A stretch of DNA of 32,000 bases from Desulfobulbus propionicus DSM 2032 (GTDB lineage Bacteria > Desulfobacterota > Desulfobulbia > Desulfobulbales > Desulfobulbaceae). The position numbers and the translations under genes were made by a program. The stretch spans positions 2,430,001 through 2,462,000 of the forward strand of contig NC_014972.1 in assembly GCF_000186885.1 (NCBI RefSeq). Direction: 5' to 3'. The notes beneath the pieces are model-generated. The model was given only the letters and a program-made list of their open reading frames with translations, did not search any database and was not told the DNA's origin. Within the stretch, counting starts at the first letter, position 1; each line of letters opens with the position of its first letter. This document shows positions 9,442-17,917 of the stretch, in pieces.

Positions 9442-10890
9442 ATGACAACCAACGAACCCATGGCCGAGCAAGCAGCAACCCCCAAGAAAGGCAAGGCAAA
9501 GACCCCGCGCCAACCCATGCCCGAGCAGGACCCTCGCCGTCGCCGCTACAACTTCGAGGAGGTGCCCCGCGGCTACAGCGAGGAAACCGCCATGCTCGAG
9601 GCCTCGCGCTGCATCCAGTGCAAGAAGCCAGGCTGCGTCGAAGGCTGTCCGGTCAACATCCACATCCCGGCCTTCATTAAGCTGATTGCCGAAGGAAAAT
9701 TCATCGACGCCCTGCTCAAACTGAAAGAACAGACGGCCCTACCGGCGGTCTGCGGCCGGGTCTGCCCGCAGGAAAGCCAGTGCGAGGCGCGCTGCATCCT
9801 GGGCAAGAAGGGTGAGCCGGTGGCCATCGGCCGCCTGGAACGGTTTGCCGCCGATTACGCCCGCAAGCACGGCGGCGTGCCGGAGCCGGTCAAGGCCGCA
9901 GCCACGGGCAAACGGGTGGCGATTGTCGGCGCCGGGCCGGCCGGGATCACCGTGGCTGGCGAGCTGGCCCGCTGGGGCCACGAGGTGGTGATGTTCGAGG
10001 CCCTGCACCTGGCCGGCGGCGTGCTGATGTACGGCATTCCCCAGTTTCGTTTGCCCAAGGAGATCGTCCAGTTCGAGATCAACAGCCTCAAGCGGCTGGG
10101 CGTCACCATCCACACCGACTACGTGATCGGCAAGTCCGAGACCGTGGGCCAGTTGATGGAGCAGGGCTTTGACGCGGTGTTCATCGCCACCGGCGCCGGT
10201 CTGCCGGTGTTTCTTGGCATTCCCGGCGAGAATGCCATCGGCGTTTTCTCGGCCAACGAGTTTCTCACCCGCGCCAACCTAATGCGGGCCATCGATTTTC
10301 CCCGCTTTGCCACCTCGCCCATCCGCCCCCACCGAGCGGTGACCGTGGGCGGCGGCAACGTGGCCATGGACGCGGCCCGCACCGCCCTGCGGTTAGGTGC
10401 GGAATCGACCATCGTTTACCGCCGTTCCAAGGCGGAGATGCCGGCCCGCGCCGAAGAAGTCCATCATGCCGAGGAGGAGGGCGTGGTCTTCCACCTGCTC
10501 ACCAATCCGGTACGGATCGTCACCGATGCGCGCAACCGGGTGACCGGCGTCGAATGTCTGCGCATGGAACTGGGCGAACCCGATGCCTCGGGCCGGCGGC
10601 GACCGGTGGCGGTCAAGGGCAGTGAATTCATTGTCCCGGCCGACACGGTGATCGTGGCCATCGGCAACCAGCCCAATCCCCTGGTGCCGCAGACCGCGCC
10701 CGAAATCGAGACCTCCAAGCGGGGCACCATCACCGCCGATCCAGTCACCATGATGACCTCCAAGCCCGGCGTCTTTGCCGGCGGCGACATCGTCTCCGGC
10801 GCGGCCACGGTGATCAGCGCCATGGGCCAGGGCAAGACCGCGGCCCTGCACATCCATCGCTACCTCATGGGCGGCGACCCGCCCCGATGA
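9442..10890 (+). CDS. NfnB/GltD-like NADPH-dependent flavoprotein subunit
   Basis: CIQCKKPGCVEGCPVNI, CGRVCPQESQCEARC, VAIVGAGPAGITVAGELARWGHEVVMFEA, GGGNVAMDAARTALRLGA, GVFAGGDIVSGAATVISAMGQGK. Confidence 0.92.
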   Translation: MTTNEPMAEQAATPKKGKAKTPRQPMPEQDPRRRRYNFEEVPRGYSEETAMLEASRCIQCKKPGCVEGCPVNIHIPAFIKLIAEGKFIDALLKLKEQTALPAVCGRVCPQESQCEARCILGKKGEPVAIGRLERFAADYARKHGGVPEPVKAAATGKRVAIVGAGPAGITVAGELARWGHEVVMFEALHLAGGVLMYGIPQFRLPKEIVQFEINSLKRLGVTIHTDYVIGKSETVGQLMEQGFDAVFIATGAGLPVFLGIPGENAIGVFSANEFLTRANLMRAIDFPRFATSPIRPHRAVTVGGGNVAMDAARTALRLGAESTIVYRRSKAEMPARAEEVHHAEEEGVVFHLLTNPVRIVTDARNRVTGVECLRMELGEPDASGRRRPVAVKGSEFIVPADTVIVAIGNQPNPLVPQTAPEIETSKRGTITADPVTMMTSKPGVFAGGDIVSGAATVISAMGQGKTAALHIHRYLMGGDPPR

Positions 10891-10967
10891 ACGGGCATGG
10901 GCGGCATCCAACCAGGCTGCCGCCCGTCGTCCTCTTGTTCGCCCTTCCCTGTAGCAAACCGAAAACG

Positions 10968-10996
10968 TTGACATTGTCAGCGTGGTTGCGTACATT
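10968..10996 (+). promoter_or_regulatory. Candidate sigma70-like promoter (TTGACA-N17-TACATT) with overlapping palindrome TGACA-T-TGTCA
   Basis: Exact -35 consensus, 17-bp spacer, 4/6 -10. The palindrome at 10969-10979 overlaps the -35. Confidence 0.5.
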
Positions 10997-11180
10997 CCGC
11001 TTGTATTCCTGAACAGCGGCCGATCCCATCGCTCCCTGTCGGTGCATTGCACTGTTCACCTTCCGCGTTCGTGTCCGTATGCTCCGACACAGCCGCAACG
11101 ATCGCCCAGCAATCCGCTACCCTGCCGGTGCGCCCGACCAACACCGAGGTTGCCCGAACACTGTCCACAAGGAGATTGCG

Positions 11181-11690
11181 ATGATCCATCTGGTTGAAGC
11201 CGACATCACCACCCTGAAAGTCGATGCCATCGTCAATGCCGCCAACGAAACCCTGCTCGGCGGAGGAGGAGTCGACGGCGCCATCCACCGGGCCGCCGGA
11301 CCGCAACTGCTGGAAGAGTGCCGCGCCATCGGCGGCTGCAAGACCGGCCAGGCGGTGATCACCAAGGGCTACGATCTGCCGGCCAAGCACGTGATTCACA
11401 CCGTGGGGCCGATCTGGCGGGGCGGCAACAACAACGAACCGGCCCTGCTGGCGAGCTGTTACCGCAACTGCCTGGAACTGGCCGTACGGAACAACATCGA
11501 CTCGATCGCCTTTCCAGCCATCAGTTGCGGCGCCTACGGTTTCCCGTTGGATGAGGCGGCCGACATCGCCGTGGACACCATTCAGTCGTTCCTCAACCGC
11601 AACGGCAAGCCGACAGAAGTCTATATCGTCTGCTTCCAGCCCAGGGCAAAATTTGCCTTTGCCGCCGCCATCCGAGGGCTGGAGGAATGA
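11181..11690 (+). CDS. Macrodomain protein, O-acetyl-ADP-ribose deacetylase-like (YmdB/MacroD type)
   Basis: GDI-like [35 protein letters not shown]...[31 protein letters not shown]...[12 protein letters not shown]. Confidence 0.92.
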   Translation: MIHLVEADITTLKVDAIVNAANETLLGGGGVDGAIHRAAGPQLLEECRAIGGCKTGQAVITKGYDLPAKHVIHTVGPIWRGGNNNEPALLASCYRNCLELAVRNNIDSIAFPAISCGAYGFPLDEAADIAVDTIQSFLNRNGKPTEVYIVCFQPRAKFAFAAAIRGLEE

Positions 11691-12151
11691 ATTTTTCGTC
11701 CCCCGCGAGCACCGCCGCCATGCCCACGCCGTTTTCCCGCGATCTGTTCACCTACGGCTCGCTGATGTGCGAGGAGATCATGGCCGAGGTGGCCGGTTCT
11801 CGCTTGCCGTCCACCCCGGCAACCCTTGCCGGGTACCGCCGGTTTCTGGTCCAGGATGAGCAATATCCCGGGGTGGTCGTGGACCCGGCCGGGGTGGTGG
11901 CGGGGATGGTCTATCACACCATTTCTCCGGACAACTGGAAGCGGTTGGATCGCTTCGAAGGCGAGATGTACGACCGCCGACCCGTCACCGTGCGGTATGC
12001 GGACGGATGCGAAGCGGTGGTCGACTGTTATCTGTTCCGTCCTGAATTCGCCCACCGGCTGACCGCGACCGAGTGGGATTTCGCCGCCTTCCTCCACGAC
12101 GGCAAGCAGCAGTTTCACCAGCAGTATCGCGGTTTCAAGGCGATTGACTGA
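11687..12151 (+). CDS. AIG2/gamma-glutamylcyclotransferase-like family protein
   Basis: [13 protein letters not shown]...ATLAGYRRF...[43 protein letters not shown]: AIG2-like BtrG fold signature. ATGA overlap with preceding macrodomain gene (start may alternatively be the internal Met before PTPFSRD). Confidence 0.8.
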   Translation: MNFSSPASTAAMPTPFSRDLFTYGSLMCEEIMAEVAGSRLPSTPATLAGYRRFLVQDEQYPGVVVDPAGVVAGMVYHTISPDNWKRLDRFEGEMYDRRPVTVRYADGCEAVVDCYLFRPEFAHRLTATEWDFAAFLHDGKQQFHQQYRGFKAID

Positions 12152-12212
12152 GTTCCCGGCCGTACAAGGCCGTTGCCGGATCGCCCAACCTCCCTCCAGG
12201 CAAGGAGTTGCC

Positions 12213-13907
12213 ATGCGCATAGGAATCGATATCGGTGGCACCCACACCGATGGCGTGCTCATCGACGGCTGCCGGCTGATCGCCGCGGCCAAGGCCCCCA
12301 CCAACCACGACAATCTGCTCGCATCGATCACCCAGGTCCTGCACACGGTCCTTGCCGGCCAGGACCCCGCCCGGGTACGAACCCTCAACTTGAGCACCAC
12401 CTTGACCACCAATGCCATCGTCACCGGCAAGACCGATCCGGTGGGCATGCTGGTGGTCGGTGGCCCGGGAATCGCGGCCAAGCATTACCGCATCGGCGAT
12501 CATTACCACCAGATCTACGGCAGCCTCGACCATCTGGGCACCGAGACATCAAGCCTGGATGAACAGGATCTGGACGAAGCGATCACCGCCTGCCGCGATC
12601 AGGGGGTGAAGTGCTTTGGGGTGGCCTGTAAATTCTCGCCGCGCAATCCGGCCTTTGAAAACCGCATCCGCGAGGAACTGGGCGATCAGGCCGACTTCAT
12701 CACCCTCGGCCATCTGGTTTCGGGCCAGCTCAACTTCGGCCGCCGCATCCACACCGTGTACTACAACTCGGCGGTGTGGCGCACCTTCCGCAGCTTTGCC
12801 GGCGCCCTCAATGCCAGCCTCAAGGGCTTTGCCCTCGACGCCGAGGTCAACATCCTCAAGGCCGATGGCGGCACCATGCCGATCGCCCGCGCTTTGGACG
12901 CGCCGGTGCAGTCGATCTTTTCCGGGCCGGCCGCCTCGGTGATGGGTATCCTGGCCACCTGCCCGGCAACCGAAGATTTGTTGATGCTCGATATCGGCGG
13001 TACCACCTCGGACATCGCCTTGTTTGCCGGTGGCGAACCGCTGCTGGAGCGGGAAGGCATCGCCATCGAGGACCGGCCCACCCTGGTGCGGGCCATTCAT
13101 GTGGAATCGATCGGCATCGGCGGCGATTCGCTGATCCGGGTGGTCGATGGGGTGGTCACAACTGGGCCGGATCGGCTCGGTCCCTGCATGGCCGCCGGCG
13201 GGTCGGCACCCAGCCTGATGGACGCGCTCAACGTCCTCGAACTGGCGGCCTTTGGCGAGGTGGAACGCTCCCGCGAGGGGATACACGCCCTGGCATCGGC
13301 CCATCAACTGGACAGCACTGCCCTGGCCGAGCAGGCGGTGGACGCGGCATTGGCCACCATCGGCGCCAAAATCGACACCCTGGTGCGCATGGTCAATACC
13401 AAGCCGGTTTACACCATCCACGAAATTCTCGAGGATCGGGAGATCAAGCCGCGCAAGCTGATCGTCATCGGCGGACCGGCCGCGGTATTCCAGGAACTGC
13501 TCGCCAAGCGACTGGGCATGGCCGTTGAGGTTCCGCCCCTGCACGGCGTGGCCAACGCGGTCGGCGCGGCCCTGACCCGCACCACCAGCCACCTGGCCCT
13601 GACCGCCAACACCGCCCGCGGGCAGCTGTCGGTGCCGATGCTCGGCATCTTCCGTACCGTCGCTCGCGGTTACAGTCTTCAAGAGGCCACCAGCGAGGCC
13701 AAGAGCCTGTTGCGTGCCGATCTGGACAAGGCGGGCGTGTCCCTGGCCGACGATGACATTCAGATCACCCAGGCGGATGCCTTCAACATGGTGGAAGGCT
13801 CGTACACCGCCGGAAAAAACATCCGGGTAGTGGCCCAGGTGCGGCCCGCGGTGGTGGCCCGGTTGGCCGGCGATTCTGTTCCCGTCCGCCTTGCCGGCCA
13901 GCCCTGA
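12213..13907 (+). CDS. Hydantoinase A/5-oxoprolinase family protein
   Basis: MRIGIDIGGTHTDGVLIDG...STTLTTNAIVTGKTDPVGMLV...SIFSGPAASVMG...LMLDIGGTTSDIALFAGGEP; RBS AAGGAG upstream of 12213. Confidence 0.88.
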   Translation: MRIGIDIGGTHTDGVLIDGCRLIAAAKAPTNHDNLLASITQVLHTVLAGQDPARVRTLNLSTTLTTNAIVTGKTDPVGMLVVGGPGIAAKHYRIGDHYHQIYGSLDHLGTETSSLDEQDLDEAITACRDQGVKCFGVACKFSPRNPAFENRIREELGDQADFITLGHLVSGQLNFGRRIHTVYYNSAVWRTFRSFAGALNASLKGFALDAEVNILKADGGTMPIARALDAPVQSIFSGPAASVMGILATCPATEDLLMLDIGGTTSDIALFAGGEPLLEREGIAIEDRPTLVRAIHVESIGIGGDSLIRVVDGVVTTGPDRLGPCMAAGGSAPSLMDALNVLELAAFGEVERSREGIHALASAHQLDSTALAEQAVDAALATIGAKIDTLVRMVNTKPVYTIHEILEDREIKPRKLIVIGGPAAVFQELLAKRLGMAVEVPPLHGVANAVGAALTRTTSHLALTANTARGQLSVPMLGIFRTVARGYSLQEATSEAKSLLRADLDKAGVSLADDDIQITQADAFNMVEGSYTAGKNIRVVAQVRPAVVARLAGDSVPVRLAGQP

Positions 13908-13956
13908 CAGCCGCCATGCCCTTCTCTCCGCAACCTTCAGCCCCACAGGTCACCTC

Positions 13957-15273
13957 ATGCTGAAAGCCACCTCATCGCTCGGCGTCATCTTTTTCCCCGC
14001 CTTTGACTGGGCCATCTCCCCCACCCATCCCGAACGGGAGGAGCGCCTCCTCTACACCCAGGACCAGTTCCGTGAGGAAGGCCTCTTTGATATCGAGGGC
14101 ATCGACGAATATCGTCCCCTCTATGCCACCGACCAGGACATCATGCGCGCCCACTTCTGCTTCCCCTCGGTGGAGGCGGTGTGTACCGAGTCGCACCGCA
14201 TCTCCGCCGGCGGCGCCATTCAAGCCGCCCGCCTGGTGCTTGAGGGAGAAACGCGGCGCGCCTTTGCCCTGGTCCGTCCCCCCGGCCACCACGCCATGAA
14301 GGTGGTGCACGGCAACCGGGGGTTCTGCAACATCAACATCGAGGCAGTGATGGTCGAATGGATCCGCGAGCACTACGGCCGCAAACGAATCGCCATCGTC
14401 GACACCGACTGTCACCACGGTGATGGCACCCAGGACGTCTACTGGCACGATCCGGACGTGCTCTTCATTTCCCTGCATCAGGACGGCCGCACCCTCTATC
14501 CTGGCTCCGGTTTCCCCCACGAGAACGGCGGCCCGCGCGCCCTGGGCAAGACGATCAACATCCCCCTGCCGCCGCGCACCTCGGATGCCGGCTACCTCCA
14601 TGCCATCGAAAACGTGGTCCTGCCGATCCTGGCCGATTTCAAGCCCGACTTGGTGATCAACTCCGCCGGCCAGGACAACCACTACTCGGATCCGATCACC
14701 AACATGCAGTTCTCGGCCCAGGGCTATGCCCGGCTCAACGAGCTGCTCAAGCCCGACATCGCCGTGCTCGAAGGCGGCTACTCGATCAAGGGTGCCCTGC
14801 CCTACGTCAACCTTGGCATCTGCCTGGCCATGGCCGGCTGTGACTACTCGGCAGTGCGCGAACCGGATTACAACGCGGCCGCCCTGCGGGAAGATCCGGA
14901 CACCATGGAGTACATCAAAAACAGCTGTCCCCATCTGTTGGACGGCTATTTTCATCCGGCCGAAGGCGATTTCGATAAGCAGGGCGCGTACTTCATCCGT
15001 GAACGCAAAATCTATTACGACACAGACGGCATTCTCGAAAAACAGCGCGAGGAACTCAAAGACTGCGATCACTGCCGGGGCCTGCGGCTGATCAAGACCA
15101 GCTCCAGCCATCTGCTGCCCTGCCTGGGCGTGGAGCTGCCCATCGACTGCTGCCCGGCCTGCGAGCGCGAGGGGTACGAGGCCTTCGAGAAGAGCAGCAC
15201 GAAGGACTATCTGGTGACCCAGCTGCTCGACCAGAAAAACAAGCAGTTCCGCTACCGATCCAGCGGGGACTGA
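13957..15273 (+). CDS. Histone deacetylase/AcuC/AphA-family zinc hydrolase with Cys-rich C-terminal extension
   Basis: VRPPGHHAMKVVHGNRGFCNINIEAVMV...VDTDCHHGDGTQDVYWHDPDVLFISLHQ...NSAGQDNHYSDP...LEGGYS; C-terminal CDHCRGLRL...LPIDCCPACERE. Confidence 0.9.
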   Translation: MLKATSSLGVIFFPAFDWAISPTHPEREERLLYTQDQFREEGLFDIEGIDEYRPLYATDQDIMRAHFCFPSVEAVCTESHRISAGGAIQAARLVLEGETRRAFALVRPPGHHAMKVVHGNRGFCNINIEAVMVEWIREHYGRKRIAIVDTDCHHGDGTQDVYWHDPDVLFISLHQDGRTLYPGSGFPHENGGPRALGKTINIPLPPRTSDAGYLHAIENVVLPILADFKPDLVINSAGQDNHYSDPITNMQFSAQGYARLNELLKPDIAVLEGGYSIKGALPYVNLGICLAMAGCDYSAVREPDYNAAALREDPDTMEYIKNSCPHLLDGYFHPAEGDFDKQGAYFIRERKIYYDTDGILEKQREELKDCDHCRGLRLIKTSSSHLLPCLGVELPIDCCPACEREGYEAFEKSSTKDYLVTQLLDQKNKQFRYRSSGD

Positions 15274-15314
15274 ACGGAATGCCGCAGGGCACGGACACGG
15301 ACACGGATATTCCC

Positions 15315-15812
15315 ATGGCTGACTCCCTGCTGCGCCGCTTTTTCCTGCCCAAGCCCAACCGGTTTTTTCTCCTCCGTCTGTCGGCGGTCGCCCTGGCGAC
15401 CGTGCTCTTTTTTACCCAGGTGCTGATCCCCCTGCGGATCGAGGGTTACAGCATGGAACCCACCTACCGCAACGGGACCTTCAACCTCTGCTGGCGCTGG
15501 CGCTACCTGCTGAGCGAGCCCCGGCACGGTGATGTGGTGGTGATCCGCTTCGCCGGCCGTCGGGTGATGCTGCTCAAACGGGTGGTGGCCCTGGCCGGCG
15601 ATTCCGTGGCCTTCCGTGAGGGCGTGCTGCTGATCAATGGCCAGCCGGTGACCGAACCCTACGTGCGCATGCGGTCGAACTGGAACCTGGAACCGCGCAC
15701 CGTGGCAGCGGGCAAGGTCTACGTGGTGGGCGACAATCGCGGCGTGCCCATCGAGCGGCACCATTTTGGCCAAGTGGACCAGGAACGGATCATGGGAGGT
15801 GTGCTGTGGTGA
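15315..15812 (+). CDS. Signal peptidase I family protein
   Basis: IEGYSMEPTYRNG (catalytic Ser box), GDVVVIRF...MLLKRVVALAGDSV (Lys box), VYVVGDNRG. Confidence 0.85.
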   Translation: MADSLLRRFFLPKPNRFFLLRLSAVALATVLFFTQVLIPLRIEGYSMEPTYRNGTFNLCWRWRYLLSEPRHGDVVVIRFAGRRVMLLKRVVALAGDSVAFREGVLLINGQPVTEPYVRMRSNWNLEPRTVAAGKVYVVGDNRGVPIERHHFGQVDQERIMGGVLW

Positions 15813-16303
15813 ACAAAAAAACCATTGTTCTTGGCCTGTTGCTCGTTGTCGCGGCCGTTGTGCTTGTTGTTCGTCTCTGGCCAAGCGACGAGCGGGCCAT
15901 CCGCAAGCAACTGGCCCTGATCGAGGAGGCCGGCTCCAAGGAGGCCTCGGAACAGCCGCTGGAATCCCTGCTCAAGGCCAAACAGCTGGCCGCGCTTTTT
16001 CACGATCCCTGCGAACTGATTGTCGAGGCGGTCACGTATCACGGCCTGTATTCACGCAAGGAGATCATGGATCGCATCAACTTGGTGCGCGCCAATTACC
16101 GGACGGCGCGGGTCAGCCTGCACGACGTGACCATCGCGATTCCCGGGGACAACAACGCGGTGGTCAACTGCACCATACGTCTAAGCGGCGAGGGCAAGGG
16201 GCAGCCGGTGGCCGATGTCCAGGAACTGCGCGCCGAGCTGCGCAAGATCGAAGGCGACTGGCTGTTGACCCACGTCACCCTGATCGAGGTGCTGGAACGG
16301 TAG
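15806..16303 (+). CDS. Hypothetical membrane-anchored/exported protein
   Basis: GTG start overlapping signal peptidase stop; N-terminal TM KKTIVLGLLLVVAAVVLVV, then soluble domain with no recognised motif. Confidence 0.65.
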   Translation: MVNKKTIVLGLLLVVAAVVLVVRLWPSDERAIRKQLALIEEAGSKEASEQPLESLLKAKQLAALFHDPCELIVEAVTYHGLYSRKEIMDRINLVRANYRTARVSLHDVTIAIPGDNNAVVNCTIRLSGEGKGQPVADVQELRAELRKIEGDWLLTHVTLIEVLER

Positions 16304-16308
16304 CCGCC

Positions 16309-17229
16309 TCAACCGCTGACCAGCAGCACCAGGGCCATGGAGGCAAAGGAAAGCAGGGTCGAAAGGACGATCACCGCCGAGGCCAGTTCGGTGTCGGAGT
16401 TGAGCTGCGAGGAGAGAATATAGATCGCGGTCGAGGTGGGCAGGGCAAAAAAGAGCATGCTCACCTGCCACGCCAGGCCGGTAACGCCGAACAGCCACAG
16501 GAAAAACAGTCCCACCAGTGGCAGTGCCAAGAGCTTGCATCCGGCAGCGGCCAGGGCCAGTCCCATGTTGTCGCGAAGATTTCGGCTGGTCAGGCTGCCG
16601 CCGATGGAGAACAGGGCCAGCGGCAGGGTCACCTGGGACATCAGCTTGAGGGTGTTGTCGATCGGGCCGGGAAAAAATCCGACCAGGCGGGAATAGGCAA
16701 TGCCGCCGACACAGGCGAGGATCAGCGGATTGGCCAGCAGGTGTTTGAGGGTGATGAACAAACGTTCGCCGAGCCGGCCGCCATCACCGCCATACCAGAT
16801 AAGAATCGGCACACAGAGCAGATTGATCAGCGGAATGAGCAGGCCGATGAGCACGCCGTACAGCTGGGCTCCAGGCCCGCCAAAGGCGTTGAGAACGACC
16901 GCCATGCCGATGTAGGTGTTGAAGCGGTAGCAGCCCTGATTGAAGGATCCGGCCTGGAACGCGCGCACCGGCCAGTGGCGGATGATCAGCAGGCTGAGGC
17001 CGCATACCGTCACCACCGCCAGGGCCGAGGCCGGCAGGTAGCGCCAGTTGCCATCGAACAGCAGCGGCGCCGAGCCGATCTTCCAGAACAGCATCAGGGG
17101 AAAGAAGACAAAATAGACCAGTTGGTCCGAGGTGCGATGAAAGGCAGTGTCGGTTATGGCGAAGCGTTTCACAATCCAGCCGAAAACGATCAGGGCCAGG
17201 ACCGGAAAAAGGGCGTTGAGCAGGATCAT
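16309..17229 (-). CDS. AEC (auxin efflux carrier) family transporter
   Basis: MILLNALFPVLALIVFGWIVKRF..., ten hydrophobic segments, LPLALFSIGGSLTSRNLR, FFALPTSTAIYILSSQLNSDTELASAVIVLSTLLS typical of AEC permeases. Confidence 0.88.
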   Translation of the reverse strand: MILLNALFPVLALIVFGWIVKRFAITDTAFHRTSDQLVYFVFFPLMLFWKIGSAPLLFDGNWRYLPASALAVVTVCGLSLLIIRHWPVRAFQAGSFNQGCYRFNTYIGMAVVLNAFGGPGAQLYGVLIGLLIPLINLLCVPILIWYGGDGGRLGERLFITLKHLLANPLILACVGGIAYSRLVGFFPGPIDNTLKLMSQVTLPLALFSIGGSLTSRNLRDNMGLALAAAGCKLLALPLVGLFFLWLFGVTGLAWQVSMLFFALPTSTAIYILSSQLNSDTELASAVIVLSTLLSFASMALVLLVSG

Positions 17230-17400
17230 GGGTGCGGTGGGGTGCGATGAGGTTGTGGTGGAAACGCTGTGCTCACGGCTGGCATTGTTCCCCATCCGCC
17301 CCTGGCGGGCAATCGGATTTTTCCCACGCCGGCCAGATTGTTTCCTTGCTCCCGCCGCCCCCTGACGCCGCGTTCACGGCCATCGGCCAGCGCGGGACAA

Positions 17401-17889
17401 TCACCGTGGCAGCGGGCCGTCGTCATTGGGCTCGCCGCACCTTCTGCCCATGAACGAGTAGGGTTGAAAGACCTCCAAGACGTTCGGTTCAGGCATGCGG
17501 ATGATGTTGAAGATGTTCGGAGAATACCAGACCCCAGCCCGCCGGCCATCTGGAGCGAGGATGACGCCGCCGTAGTAGTCGCAACCGCCGTATCGTTCGC
17601 CCCGGTACCACTGCAGCCAGCCGTTCAACCGCTGTTCGGACATGTCGATGTGTGCCCAGACCCGGGTCTGGAGGGTGAAGCGGTTGTCGATGGCGATAAT
17701 CGATTCGGGCGCGGTTATGGAACCGAGATAATAATAGCTGTGTTCCGGAAACAGCTGGCCGGCTTCAAACGTCTGCTGCACGGCCCGATCAATCTCCCAT
17801 TTGCCGCCCGGAACAGGGGCGGCACAACCGGTCAGGAGCACGGCGGCCAGCAAACAAAACAATAACCGCATCATGACATGATGGTGCAT
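17401..17889 (-). CDS. Predicted lipoprotein of unknown function
   Basis: Signal peptide with lipobox LLAAVLLTGC; GAGAGGA RBS before start at 17889. Confidence 0.65.
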   Translation of the reverse strand: MHHHVMMRLLFCLLAAVLLTGCAAPVPGGKWEIDRAVQQTFEAGQLFPEHSYYYLGSITAPESIIAIDNRFTLQTRVWAHIDMSEQRLNGWLQWYRGERYGGCDYYGGVILAPDGRRAGVWYSPNIFNIIRMPEPNVLEVFQPYSFMGRRCGEPNDDGPLPR

Positions 17890-17917
17890 GCCGTCCTCTC
17901 GTTGCTTGGTCTTGTGC

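Noticed and set aside
7341-9518. 725-aa minus-strand ORF
   Set aside because: Fully antisense to the NuoG/NfnA fusion; low-complexity His/Gly/Arg/Ala-rich translation with no motifs, typical of a GC-rich shadow ORF.
4540-10890. Interpretation as electron-bifurcating [FeFe] hydrogenase HydABC
   Set aside because: No H-cluster motifs or iron-only hydrogenase domain in any of the four genes.
11621-12481. 286-aa minus-strand ORF
   Set aside because: Antisense to the AIG2-like gene and the start of the HyuA-like gene; no recognisable family.
12549-13946. 465-aa minus-strand ORF
   Set aside because: Antisense to the hydantoinase/oxoprolinase gene; compositionally a shadow frame.
13972-15111. 379-aa minus-strand ORF
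   Set aside because: Antisense to the HDAC-family gene, which has full catalytic motifs.
15766-17250. 494-aa plus-strand ORF
   Set aside because: Overlaps the membrane-anchored hypothetical gene in another frame and the AEC transporter antisense; translation is Gln/Gly/His/Arg-rich without domains.
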